This document shows, in pieces, positions 21,001 to 32,474 of a DNA stretch of 64,000 nt. The position numbers and the translations under genes were made by a program. The notes beneath the pieces were generated by a model. That model had not been told where the DNA came from and made no database searches. It was given only the letters and a program-made list of their open reading frames with translations. The DNA lies in the NCBI RefSeq assembly GCF_021869535.1, contig NW_026262637.1, positions 14,446,001 through 14,510,000 on the forward strand, read 5' to 3'. Source of the DNA: Mytilus californianus. Its lineage: Eukaryota. Within the stretch, counting starts at the first letter, position 1. Each line of letters begins with the position of its first letter.

Positions 21001-24000
21001 TCATCTCTTTAATGACGATTTTTACCAATATTTTATGCTTTTGACTACTGTCTTGAAGACTATAAAAGATAGATAGACATTTTGAATAGCAAACACCTTG
21101 CAGAAATTGTTGGTTTACTCTTTATAGGAGTGATTGCCTTAATTGATATTTTCTTGCTGTTTTTTGTGTTTTGGGCAAAAACCAAAGAAAATAGAAACTG
21201 TAAACAGAAAAAATGATAGCAATTCAAGATCAACAAAAAGAGATTTTTGTCATGAATTCTATTCTAGTCCACAATGCTAGAGAGAGTCCATTGTTGAAGA
21301 TGCTCATAGACCTAGGTGAGCGACACAGGCTCTTTTGAGCCTCTAGTTTTATTCTGTAAAGAATTAAGCATGTGAAAAAGTACTTTTATTTTAAATAAAC
21401 AAATCAATTATCATGCATCAATTTTCCATTCTCTGGAAAATAATATAAAAAAACTTATGTCTAATCTCACTTTCTTATTAAAACATGAGAATGACAACAC
21501 ATTACATTGATGTAGGCAACAATATAAATAGAATATAAAAATCTGATATGATTGACTTTGTAGTATATGTAGGTGGAAAACACCATGGCCATTTATTATT
21601 CACATCCATGACTAGTAAGTTCCTGTAGAGATCTACATTTATAGGAAGAAGGATAATCTATAAATAATTTAGTTAGACTTTTATGATTTATGGAATGTTT
21701 TTTGGAGATATGTTAATTTCTTAAATTCAATTTTATTAATATGTTCTTTTTTCTTTCTTTTTGGGGATTTAGATACATGTATTTTGTAATTTACAGATTT
21801 CCCTTTTGAATTTATTACTGATAATTGAACTTATTTTATATTAGATATTAGATTTGAATTAAAATGAAGTTAATAGATACTAATTAATTAGGTCTAATGA
21901 TAACTACAATAACAACATCAATATTATATGTATTTATAATATCTGTAAAAGATAAATTGTGTTTGCAATCTCAGTTTTGCTTCTGAAATTATTTAAACCG
22001 TCCCATCAATTAATTAATGCTTCACAGTATTAAAAATTAATAAATGTTTACAATTATTGAAAATCGTTTCATTAATTTTATTTGAAAACAAAATGTTATT
22101 ATGAATAAATAAAAGAAATGACAAGAATAGTCTACATTTAAGTGGATTCCAAACACTGGTCCCTTTGTAGAACATACATTTGTTTTATCCTTATGTTGAA
22201 TGTTATAAATGTATTAATACCAGTTGTATTTCAGTCTCCTTTTGGTATACCAGGAATTTGTTGACACCTGAATTGTTAAATTATTGAAGACAAGTAACAC
22301 AAAAATATATGGGATGTACAACAATGTAGCTTGTATCTGTATTAGAATAGAAATGCTGTACATCAATCTGTTTCTTTTAATGATCCAAGTGCACTGTGCT
22401 CTTTGTATTTAGAAGAAACCTTTTCAAAAGCATTTTTATTATCAGAAAGATATTAGCAATTTTGTTTATTTACTTTACTCAATGAAATGTGTGACTACTT
22501 TTGTGAAAAATGATAAATTCCTGGTTTACCAAACAACAAAACCATTCCTAATTTAACCTTGAGTATGTGTTTAATATTGCTTACCATGTGTTGTGTGTTT
22601 GTTGCAGTGCTAATTTTGGCAAAAAACAAGTAGATACATTCGTACCCCTCCAGCCTTTACCATCTGTCAAAAGGTACCATATCTTTCTTATTAGCATGAA
22701 TTTGTAGTATAATCTTTTAGCATGCACATTTCCTCTTTCACATGTTATACTTTGTTTTATTTTTATTGTTACTCTTTACTGCATGTGCCATTCATATACA
22801 TTGATTTATGTCAGCTGTATATTTCTTGAAGCCTCTGGGGTTTTCAAAACTGGTGGCAATTTGAATACTGCATTTTCTTACTTTCCTATGCTCATTTATG
22901 AAAAAAATACTTTTAAATCTTGGTGAATGTAACACATATATTTTCAGCTTACTTTTGACTTAATTAACTTCTTACTTCTGTTTGAAAACCTTGGTTCTTC
23001 AGTGTATTATTCTAGCATGATCAACAACTGCATGGTTAATAGAAGTTTACAGTATATAAATTGTGATTTAGATACACATTTTTATTGGTGGTGTATGGTG
23101 ATTGATTATTTTGTACAAAAGTACTTTTATTTGTGACCGTATGATGTACCTCTATTTGAATACAGAACAGGAGGCAAAGATCTCAGAAAAATAGTACAGT
23201 TTTTTAGGATCATGCATGGTCAGTTTTGTTAAATTTCTATTATTGTAGCCCATTGTTACCATCTGTACTGAGAATGCTGAGGTACTAGGACAGTGCAGAG
23301 CATTATGTCGGCATGAAATTTCTACTATTCTTTGTTATATATCACCACCAACAGTAATTTTAACTGAATCACCATTTATGTACTTAATGGTATTAGTTAA
23401 TCATATTATAATCAAATGCAAATATAAGAATTTATTTATATTACAACAATTCAAGTTAAATTAAGATATAAATGTTACATGTAATAGTCATGATTTTTAG
23501 TTTGATTTCAATGTAGATAGAATTGAAAAAAACTTTTATTCAACACTTTAGTCTAACTTATTCAAATTATTTTACACTTCAAACTTGGGTCTTTATTATC
23601 TGAAGTTTTAGTTAACATATCTAAACATTGCAGGATTACTGCCAAATTATATAAATATACATGTTAGCAAAATTGTTTTTTATAAATTATGTGGTTAGCT
23701 TTCCCGTTTGAATTGTTTCACATTCTTCATGTCTGGGCCTTTTATAGCTGATTATATGGTATGGGTTTTTCTCATTGTTGAAGTCCCTACAGTGGCCAAT
23801 AATTGCTTACATCTACTTCATTTGAACTCTGGTGGATAATTGTCTTATTGGCAATCATACCTCATCTCATTATTTTTATATTAATATGATTTAAAGCTTG
23901 CTATATGGAAAAGACACTTGTTTATTGTTAAAGATTACCTTTTTTACTGCAGATGTTGTATTTTGGGGCTTTCTATTGTGTTGTTAGGTTTGTGTTGATG

Positions 24001-25042
24001 TCTCATTTGAGTGTACACAACATTCTCTTTTAATCATATTTAAATGTTCTTATTGCCCAAAATTTTATGAAAATGGAAGTTATCTGCCCCTTTATATTAT
24101 GTTCAGGGTATCATTTCTGATAAACTTAATGTTGCTTTACAATGCCTGTTTACAGCTGATGAAGATGATGATTTCCCTTGTTATACAATTAACAGAACAA
24201 CATGTCTTGGAATATTTTTGTTATACTGTTTGCATTGACTGGAGCTTGAAAAATGAATTATTGACATACCAAATTGATATCCATTATAGAAAATTTTAGA
24301 AAGAACTTTTTATGCCCCACCTAGGGGCATTATGTTTTTCGGTCTGTGCGTCCGATCGTCCGTTCATCCTTCAGTCCGTCTGTCCCGCTTCAGGTAAAAG
24401 TTTTTGGTCAAGGTAGTTTTTGATGAAGTTGAAGTCCAATCAACTTGAAACTTAGTACACATGTTCCCTATGATATGATCTTTCTAATTTTAATGCCAAA
24501 TTAGAGTTTTGACCCCAATTTCACGGTCCACTGAACATAGAAAATGATAGTGCGAGTGGGGCATCCGTGTACTATGGACACATTCTTGTTTTATTAATAA
24601 ATTCAATATATAATTACATCTTTTTTTGTCTCATGATGATATGACTGTTTTAAAAAGTTAATTGTTGTTTTGGTAAATTAACAAATCAGTTTATTAACCC
24701 TATTTTGATTATTTATACTTTTTCTTTCAAATTTAAATTTTGAAAACCATTACTTATATATATTTTTTTATTTATAACATAGTAAGGGAAATACTAAAAA
24801 CATACACCAGTACATAAAAATTTGAAATAAATATTTGTTTTTGTTAAAGTATTTGTAATCAAAAAGCTTATACTAAATAGTTTCATTTTTTTTTATATAG
24901 AGACACATTTAGAGAAGTAGAGAGAAGAAAACAGAAAGAAGCAGAAATCAATGTAGTGAAAAATTTAGATGTATGGAAACCTGCCACACCGCTGAACATT
25001 ATACAACACAACGAGGAAGTGGCTGCTGCCACCAAAAAATAA
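9041..25042 (+). CDS. SPATS1: Spermatogenesis-associated serine-rich protein 1-like (SASRP1 domain), 7 exons, 262 aa
   Basis: Exons 9041-9083, 10583-10733, 12982-13094, 17374-17523, 18057-18180, 22608-22673 and 24901-25042, all GT-AG with consistent phases (789 nt). The peptide KCTFNGVH...IDKRNGL...GDKNYQAPEYSSGFHRVGSSLP...DTFVPLQPLP...LDVWKPATPL matches the vertebrate SPATS1 C-terminal motifs as I recall them. Confidence 0.85.
9640..9800 (+). mobile_element. 3' fragment of a CR1/L2-type LINE ORF2
   Basis: Translates ...ESFYPRTIRNWNALPSSVTSVSSLESFKRLL**, the typical C-terminal motif of CR1-group RTs. Confidence 0.7.
10250..10466 (+). repeat. Truncated dispersed repeat related to the family at 18876, 34618 and 35455
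   Basis: Has a GAGACAA...CCGAAGGCCACC...TCTTCAAC layout similar to the other copies. Confidence 0.4.
10940..12100 (-). mobile_element. Non-autonomous hAT (ZNF862-like) transposon retaining the C-terminal dimerisation domain
   Basis: TIR CAGTGTTCTAG (10940-10950) / CTAGAACACTG (12090-12100), with imperfect extension TTTGAA(A/C)AGGGC. Minus ORF 11137-11631 contains LPLSTAEVERVFSQVKLIKCDHRNRL (hAT dimerisation motif). No clean 8-bp TSD. Confidence 0.85.
12105..12424. repeat. 50-bp minisatellite, ~6.3 copies
   Basis: Unit GATAGTGTTTTGGACATCAGTAGTCTTGTCCTAGGAGATACATGTAATCT. One further partial unit lies left of the hAT at ~10899-10939. Confidence 0.95.
14041..14890. repeat. ~160-bp tandem repeat, ~5.5 copies, alternating A/B variants
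   Basis: GTGTATGGAT-like anchor at 14041, 14201, 14359, 14520, 14682 and 14841. Confidence 0.9.
15072..15295. repeat. 35-bp tandem repeat, ~6 copies
   Basis: Unit ATTGCGCAATAGCAAGAAATCTTCAATTGCACAGT. Confidence 0.9.
15345..15950. repeat. ~135-bp tandem repeat, ~4.5 copies
   Basis: TTCTTTGATATGCTGAATCTAACC-like anchor at ~15366, 15501, 15636, 15762 and 15898. Confidence 0.85.
18876..19335 (+). mobile_element. Dispersed non-autonomous repeat (TGATTGCCAATGAGACAACT family) carrying an antisense twister-like fold
   Basis: Same family as copies at 23694 (-), 28286, 33997, 34618 and 35455. Superfamily not determined. Confidence 0.7.
19120..19195 (-). ncRNA. Type-P5 twister-ribozyme-like motif, P4 3' strand deleted in this copy
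   Basis: Minus strand reads CAGGTT-AGGGG-GA-GGG-[weak P1]-TAA-CCCT-GC-CACAT(TCTGT)ATGTG-TCTG-TCCCAAG-CCTG. P5, P2, P3 and T1 (CCC/GGG) can pair and the T2 GC is present. Confidence 0.5.
20291..21348 (+). mobile_element. HINE/Helentron-like non-autonomous element
   Basis: 5' TTTTAGATCACCTG...GGCCAAGTGATC hairpin; 3' AGGTGAGCGACACAGGCTCTTTTGAGCCTCTAG-TTTT. Confidence 0.8.
23694..23880 (-). repeat. Truncated copy of the TGATTGCCAATGAGACAACT repeat family
   Basis: Reverse-complement similarity to 18876-19040. Confidence 0.7.
24307..24590 (+). mobile_element. Short HINE-like element
   Basis: 5' TTTTTATGCCCCAC..GGGGCAT hairpin, (GTCC)-like microsatellite, 3' GTGGGGCAT subTIR plus GTGT-ACTATGG-ACAC hairpin, T-rich flanks. 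Confidence 0.75.
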
Positions 25043-27022
25043 TGATGTGCTACCACTATTAGGCCATATTATTGGTTTTGGCTGCCATTTAAATAGCAAT
25101 GTTCTGCCATAGTTTTCTTATCAGTATTATGACATCCTATCAGCTATTTTTTTAAGTTTTCATGGCATCATGAAATAATATTATATTTTTGATAGCAAAT
25201 GAAATGCAATTTGAATTTATTGATGTTTTGTTATCCAACATTGATTATGTAGTTTCTCAAATCTTTTTTTGCAATAGAGCTCGAAAATGAATTGAACATT
25301 CCCATTCTGTACCTTTTTCTTGATCAAATCTTCTTATTAATCATTTGGTGCAATGCATTTTGCTGTAGACTATCAGTGTTGACAATTTTCTTTTTCCAAA
25401 TTTTAAATGCTAACGTAGATGTAATTAAAATTATTTGAAAAAGGAGTTAATATACATCCCCCATGGTAAAATACTGCCATATAGGGTAAGGCAATTCAGA
25501 TTTTATTCAAAGGACGATAAACTTATTCTGACATAGATTTTGGTAGTTAGTGTTAAATTAGTGCTCACAATTACAGTGAAATTGTATATGTTGTCAGTTT
25601 CTGTTCTACCTTCCAACATCTGCCATCTGTTTTCTTTTTGTATTCAATTTTATTTTATGAAGTAACTAATTTATTGTCAAGAAAATGGCATTTGACAATA
25701 TAAACATAAATGTAGCTATAAATGACTAAAATCAATGCTATTTGAGTGAGCTTTACAGCTTTTTACCATGGTTACTGCCCTTTTGAAACATAATACGTAT
25801 TCTAGATTGTCCTCTTCATGAAATTTCCCTTCTATCCTAATTTTCTGTTTGAATCACTATAGTTCACAGTCTTCATACTGATATGCACAATAGTTACATA
25901 TCATTGTATTCATAAAATACAAATTTACTTATATGATTTGCTCAATTATTTATTTAAGTATATAAGATATTTATGTGTTTATGAAAGATACATACAATGT
26001 ATGATTGAAATAATTTTGTGACAAATGTTTTACATGGTTTAAATTGGGTTATGTAGATGTTTGCTTAAAAGTAATGATACAAAAGAATTTGTCAACACCA
26101 AGTGAATGGACTTCATGTGATAAAACATTATATATGTTCAAATATTGATTCGATGTGTGTATGTGTAATATAAAAAGATTAGGAAAGACTAGGTTCTGTC
26201 TTACTTTGGGCTACTTTAATCTTAGTTTTATGCCATATAATCTTAAACTTCTTAGACCAAAAGAATAAGAGTTTCTTATTTTTCATAAGTTGACCAACAA
26301 TGCACAACAGCTTCCGTATAGAAACTGTAATTACAAATGACATTATACTTGTACTGATTTCTAACATATCAGTATATGAAATGCAAAAAAACAAATTTTA
26401 CCATTTTTCATTCTTGAAAAAGTGACAAATGATCAAGATATTTTGTTATGGAGCCCGAGAAGTATACATTTTAATACTTTTGACTGACTGTATCATCAGT
26501 AGGTGAAATAATTGTTATGTTACTAAAGACATCAATGTTATATGTTTTATGACAATTGCTTTCTTGTTATCAGTATTTAAATATTGATATTACAATCTTT
26601 TAGTTATTTATTTATTCATTTATTTATAATTCTGTTTTTTATTTCCTTTTAATAGTGAAAATATTACTTTAGTCTGAATTCAGAAAAAAAAATCCAAATT
26701 TATTGTGAATGATTAAAGATGATTGAACATTTTGCGTGTTGTATTACGTTTTTGATTTTATAACATCTCCTTTTATTATTCAAAATACTTTAAGCTTATC
26801 ATCAGTATTAAAGCTTTAATGTGATATATTTTATACCGATGTTATCATGTATGTTACAGGGTTTGATGTAAAGATAGAGCTCAATATTATCAAAATTTAC
26901 AATGTGTGAGAAATATACTTTTCAAATCAGTTTGTTTGAATTTAGAAATCTTTTATTTTTGTATTTTCGTGTTATGTTTACATAGATGTGATATATTTAC
27001 ATGTTTGTTCTTTGTTGTTGTA

Positions 27023-27028
27023 AATAAA
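27023..27028 (+). promoter_or_regulatory. Candidate polyadenylation signal for the SPATS1-like gene (~2-kb 3'UTR)
   Basis: AATAAA near the end of an apparently TE-free AT-rich stretch after the stop codon. Not unique; low support. Confidence 0.25.
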
Positions 27029-27285
27029 CAAAGTTGTCTACCTATATTTACGATTTTAAACTATGCTGTTATTTATTTATAAGTATCTGTGATAAATTAA
27101 ACCATTCTTTACAACGCAGTTTGTTTGTATGCTTTTGGAAAGTAAATTGCACTGGTAATTTTCATAATAAATAGATTTTTTATTGGTAGTGAAGTTAAAA
27201 GCCTGTACTGGCTCCCACTCAACTTAAAACTTACATTTGTTAGAGTTCAATTGAGAGTAAGATAATGACTTTTTATTGGAAAACA

Positions 27286-27867
27286 AAGGAGTTGGTCAGG
27301 TAAGGGCTGATTTTGGCCTCAAAATTCAGGTTCATCTGATGAAAGATTTTGGACACTTTTTAAACACTTAAGTGTCTACTTCAGTCGATTCAATTAGTTT
27401 ATGTGAAAGATTTGAACTGATTTAGTCATTAAAGACGCTCAAATTCAAGCTTAAATATGAAAAATCTATCAAATATGCCATAAAATGTCACTTTTCAGAT
27501 GGTTTATGTCAAAAATGAAAGTGGCCGCATTCGTGTTCATTCTCAACCTTTATATATGTTATGAATTATCATCAAATACAACTTACATTTAAATATGAAG
27601 AATGAACACAAATGCGGCCACTTCCATTTTAGACGGAAACTGTCTAAAAATTAACAAAAATGCTAAAATTTCGAAGATTTCAGTAATTTAGCATGACTTA
27701 ATGATGCTAGTACCCGATACATGTGCATTGTATTGTCAAAAACAGCCATTATTTATGTAACAGAAGTATTCTTCTTTCCAATAAATAGCTAAAAATTTAC
27801 ATTTTAACAATTTTGTAAAACTGCTATATTTTGGGGCCAAAAAGGGGTCTTACTGGTCCTACTCCTT
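27286..27867. mobile_element. MITE with ~40-bp imperfect TIRs
   Basis: Left end AAGGAGTTGGTCAGGTAAGGGCTGATTTTGGCCTCAAAAT versus reverse complement of right end AAGGAGTAGGACCAGTAAGACCCCTTTTTGGCCCCAAAAT. Confidence 0.7.
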
Positions 27868-28537
27868 TATAGATGACATACTGAATATTCCTATATCTAT
27901 CAAATTGATGAAAATTGCAGGAATAAATGATTCTCTGTTTTAGAAAAATGAGTGGATATTTCTTTAACTTACATAGGTCACTAAAGTTCTTCAGATTGTT
28001 TCTATTTAACGATTATATTTAAATATTTCTAATTATCTATGACAATGTATTTACAGAATGTATCTGATTGCTTATTATCATAATGCTTCAATCATTTTAT
28101 TCTTTATTAAAATTTTAAGAAAATCAAAAAATTCTTGTTTTAAATAAAAAATAGGACTGGGATGGCAATTAGATAAGTTGAAATATCTAAGCATTAACCA
28201 GAAATGTATGTCTGTAATTTTTTAGAGTTGGATTTATTAGTCTGTGATAGATATGGCTGGTTATCATATATATATGAAAATAATAAGAGGTGGTATCATT
28301 GCCAATGAGACAACTCTCTACCAGAGACCAAATGATGTAGAAGGTTAGCAACTTATGGTCACAGCCTTCAACAATGAGCAATATAGTGTATAAGAATATA
28401 TTTGATTTAAGCCTGATTCATGTTAAATCACAATAGTAAAATTTCTAAACCAATCTATCCCCTTATAGTTAAGAAATCTTTGCATTATGGGATGTTAACA
28501 ATTCTCTTATTTAGAAAAATCTGAATCATTACAATGA

Positions 28538-29352
28538 TTTATTGTCTCGCCTTGACGGAGTCAAAAAGCGAGACATAGGTATGCAGTTTCCGGCAGCTGC
28601 GGTGGCGTCAACAATGTTAGGTCTAGTTTATGGTGAACCACAAGTGGTAGGTCAATGATTTTTGGTATGCAGTTGTATTAGCATTGCCACATGTCATTTC
28701 CATGGAGATTATTTACCCCTGCCCCCTCAGTCATGGTCTATTGACTTTGAAACTTTTGCTTAGTTTACATGTATTAGTTTGTGATTAGGTCAGTTTATGG
28801 GGAACCACTAGTGGTAGGTCAATGATATTTGGTATGCAGTTGTATAAGCATTGGCATATCTTATTTCCATGGAGATTATTTGGCTCCGCCTCCTCAGTCA
28901 TGGTTTATTGACTTCGAAAATTTTGCTTAGTTTACATGTATTAGTTTGTGATTAGATCAGTTTAAAATGAACTGCTAATGTTAAGTCAATGATATTTGGT
29001 ATGCAAATTTCATGGCACTTGCAAGTATTGTTTCCATGGAGATTATATAGCCCCACCCCCTCATTGGATCATTTCATTGACTTTGAAACTTTTACATAGT
29101 TTACAAGTTAATGTTTGTGTTTAGGTTAGTTTAAAGGGAACAACTTATAATTAGTCAATGGTATTTGGTATGCAGTTGTATTAGCATTGGCACATCTCAT
29201 TTCCATGGAGATTGTTTAGCCATGTACCTTCAGTCATAGTTCATTGACTTTGAAAATTGCATAACTTACATGTTCAAGTATTGCTATTTTAATTTCAACA
29301 TTTGCATAATTAAAATTACAAAAAGGCGAGACATATCTCTGTGATAACAGTT
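28538..29352 (+). mobile_element. HINE-like element with internal ~140-180-bp diverged tandem repeats
   Basis: 5' TTTATTGTCTCGCC...GCGAGACA hairpin; 3' AGGCGAGACA subTIR plus a short terminal hairpin. Confidence 0.75.
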
Positions 29353-29824
29353 TATAAAAGTAGGTATTACAAATGAGTGTTGTAAAATTTCAAACTATCT
29401 AGTTCTGCTAACAGAGTGGCTGTATGGCAGATGTAAACATTTCTTACCCACTACAACTCAACATTATGAAGCTGTAGACCAAATATAAAAACTTGCCCTT
29501 TTACAGAAGCCAAGAAAAGTTTGACGAATGAAGTGTGGTAAACACTCGGTAAACAGGCAGTGTCTGTACGACAGATGTAGGACAGTTTACCATGGAGTTT
29601 TGGTCAAATTATGATTTTGGCCCTCATTTCAGGGTTCATTAAACATAGACATAGAATAGTGCAAACGGGGCTTGGTTAGCCTGACCTTGTCTTCGTTTTC
29701 ATGTTTTCGTGGCAAGGACATATTTTCGGTTATTATAGATAAAGGATAACTATATCAGGTAATAAAATTCGCTTACAGTGTACATTTCCGTCTAGCATGG
29801 TTAACTTGAAGTCATTTTCATACG

Positions 29825-30020
29825 ATTGCTTATCCTTCCGAAGCACCTGATCACCCTTAGTTTTTGGTGGGGTTCGTGTTACTCAGTCGCAAGTTTTCTA
29901 TGTTGTGTTTTGTGTACTGTAATTTTTCTATTGGTCTTTTTCTTTTTTTAGCCACGGCGTTGTCAGTTTATTTTCGACTTGTGAATTTATATGTCCCTTT
30001 GGTATCTTTCGCCTATTTTT
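29825..30020 (+). mobile_element. 3' tail fragment of the Penelope-like element family
   Basis: Similar to 36905-37100 (CCTTCCG.AGCAC.TGA...GGGGTTCGTGTT...GGCGTTGTCAGTTTATTTTCGA). Confidence 0.65.
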
Positions 30021-30779
30021 TAACGATGATCCACAACACAACTTCTATAAGATTTATAAAGTAAAAATATACTAAGCGTAGAGAAATACGACTTTAACAA
30101 CTCAAGACTTCATATCGACTAATACAAATTCAACAATTTAATTTAAAAGACATTTATAAGTACATGTAAATATGCAACTTGGTAGCCAAATAAAACAACG
30201 AACTCAAATTTATGGCTGAAGATAAAAACAACGTACTGTAAATACAAGGAACATATACAACTCATTAAAAGAATTAAATCTAATAGAGCATTTCTTTTGT
30301 GAACATTCAACATTTTTTTCTTATTTCTAAATGTATGTGGATAGACATATTTTATAATCGAGGTGTTTTTTCATCCTATATTCCGTAAGAAAACTGGTTA
30401 CAAATTTTATGCACATGACGTCATTAACACTTGGTTAATAACAAACAAAACTGTTGGCCTGTTGTAAATTTACGTCAAACATTTTAAGTAAGAAGTAAGG
30501 ATGAAAAACAATTATTTGTAAATATTAATATGAAGGCAACAACCACATGTCAAACTACTTGCGGTTCGTGCAAAGTTTGCTACGCAATCTGATTTATATA
30601 ACTTAAATCTTCCTGATTCTGCGCTCAACCCTAACATTAAATTAGAAAAATATTTAGAAATCACGTTCATATTCACTTAGTAGTTTTTTCGGTACAAAAT
30701 GTTATTTTAAAGAAATGACCGAACGAAAATTGATACTTTGTACAATTACATGTTTCTGTTTAAAATGGTTCATTATTAC

Positions 30780-32474
30780 TCAGTTTTGAACATGGTAAAC
30801 ATATACACACTCCCCTCCATTACTAGTTAGTACCAGCTCATTTGTTCTGTTGTTGAAATTTACATGAGAAACACTCGCTATTCCATCCTTTTCTGTCAGG
30901 ACAGTATTTCGTTCGCCAAATCGTAGTTTATATAGTGTATTTGTTATAGGCTCACACACGTAAACACCACCAGACGCATCGCTTGCAATGCGACAGTTGT
31001 TCCTAACGTCGCCGTTTTTGTAATATACCGTGTTTTCCCCAGTAACTGATACTTCTGAGATTTCTTTCCGGTCTTTGTGAGTGCAGATGAACGAATCGCA
31101 GCGAAAATTGATACACATATCACTTATATCAGTTTTTAAAGGGATCGATTTTAATATTTCACCATCAAAGTTTATTGAACAAATATAAGCGGAGTCTTCT
31201 CCTTTGATACAACACTGAATACACACCCATATCTGGAAGCCTCTTCCAAATATAAATGAACATTCGCTATTTTGACTTGTGTCTTTTCCAACAAGACTTT
31301 CAATGCATGGTCGAATATATTTCCTGTCTGTTGTAATTGATTGCACATCAACCACAACTATAGGTAGTTTGTTCTTACACGTTACTAAAACACGTGATTT
31401 CTCAAATGAACACAACTGGTTTGGTTCCTCGGGTAGTGATATTGAAACTCGTCCAGTCTTCCCAGATTTGATATCGAAAATGCTAAGTTTGTATTTTGAA
31501 TCCCATTTTGATTCTGTTAGAACGATTCGATTGTCTTCAGTAAAGCAACATGCACCAAATATGAACCCTTTAGTAGGCGTTAGCGTCTGTATTTTGGTTG
31601 CTGATATGAATTCTGTAGATATTTTGCCATGGATATGCAATTGTTTTTCGTTTAACAAGGAATGATCGGTATATCCTGTTTCTTCTAACGATGAGATTAA
31701 ATCGGTCAATTTCCTTGCAAAATTTGCTGGTATCATGTTAAGTTGAATTGATTCAAGTTCTTGCTTTGTTTTTACAATATCTTTTTCGTTTGCATCCTGT
31801 ATTGTTCTGAGGTGTTGTAACATTAGGAAGAAATGTGTTTGATTAGTAATGTAATTAAGGTGATCTGCAGTTTCAATATTTGAATCTAAATCACTTTGTA
31901 ATGTTTTTAACTTGTTCTCAATTTCTGATATTTTGTGATTCTGTTGGCTAAATCTGCATAATACACCTTTTTCTATTTGATCCAACTTTCCATTAACTAA
32001 CTCACGAATTTTCAAAATTTCATTTAGGACTGAGATCTTCTGTTGCTGCAATTGTTCAGAACGATTTGATATTTTGATTACGACATCCTTTGCGTGTATG
32101 TTCAATTGTGTCAACCTTTCTTGTAAACCTTTTAAATCAGATCCATCTTTTCGTTCCTCTGAAGCATTTTCTATGGATTGTACATTTTTACATTTACTGT
32201 GATTTTCAGAAATACACATCTGACATAAAACCTGATCATGGCACTCACAGAATGCCTTTAATGCTTGACCGGCATGTCGATGGCATAACTTTGAAACAGT
32301 TCTGTCCATCATTGAAATTTTCTGGATGTCATTGACTTTATGAGGAGTTGAAAATTTTCTGTGGACTTTCCCACATGGTTCGCATAATGCTTCTAAACAA
32401 TCATAGCACCATAAATTTGCCTTGTTCCTCTCATTGTCTCTAAGACAAGCCGCGCAATTCTCTGACTCTGGCAT
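30780..32474 (-). CDS. RING-less TRIM-like protein: B-box1, B-box2, coiled coil, C-terminal NHL-like beta-propeller (564 aa, single coding exon)
   Basis: CAAC...CYDC...CEPCGKVH...H (B-box1) and CHRH...CECHDQVLCQMC...HSKC (B-box2), then a heptad-rich middle and a beta-strand-rich C-terminus. An acceptor lies 2 nt before the ATG and a candidate 5'UTR donor at ~32820. Confidence 0.85.
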   Translation of the reverse strand: MPESENCAACLRDNERNKANLWCYDCLEALCEPCGKVHRKFSTPHKVNDIQKISMMDRTVSKLCHRHAGQALKAFCECHDQVLCQMCISENHSKCKNVQSIENASEERKDGSDLKGLQERLTQLNIHAKDVVIKISNRSEQLQQQKISVLNEILKIRELVNGKLDQIEKGVLCRFSQQNHKISEIENKLKTLQSDLDSNIETADHLNYITNQTHFFLMLQHLRTIQDANEKDIVKTKQELESIQLNMIPANFARKLTDLISSLEETGYTDHSLLNEKQLHIHGKISTEFISATKIQTLTPTKGFIFGACCFTEDNRIVLTESKWDSKYKLSIFDIKSGKTGRVSISLPEEPNQLCSFEKSRVLVTCKNKLPIVVVDVQSITTDRKYIRPCIESLVGKDTSQNSECSFIFGRGFQIWVCIQCCIKGEDSAYICSINFDGEILKSIPLKTDISDMCINFRCDSFICTHKDRKEISEVSVTGENTVYYKNGDVRNNCRIASDASGGVYVCEPITNTLYKLRFGERNTVLTEKDGIASVSHVNFNNRTNELVLTSNGGECVYVYHVQN

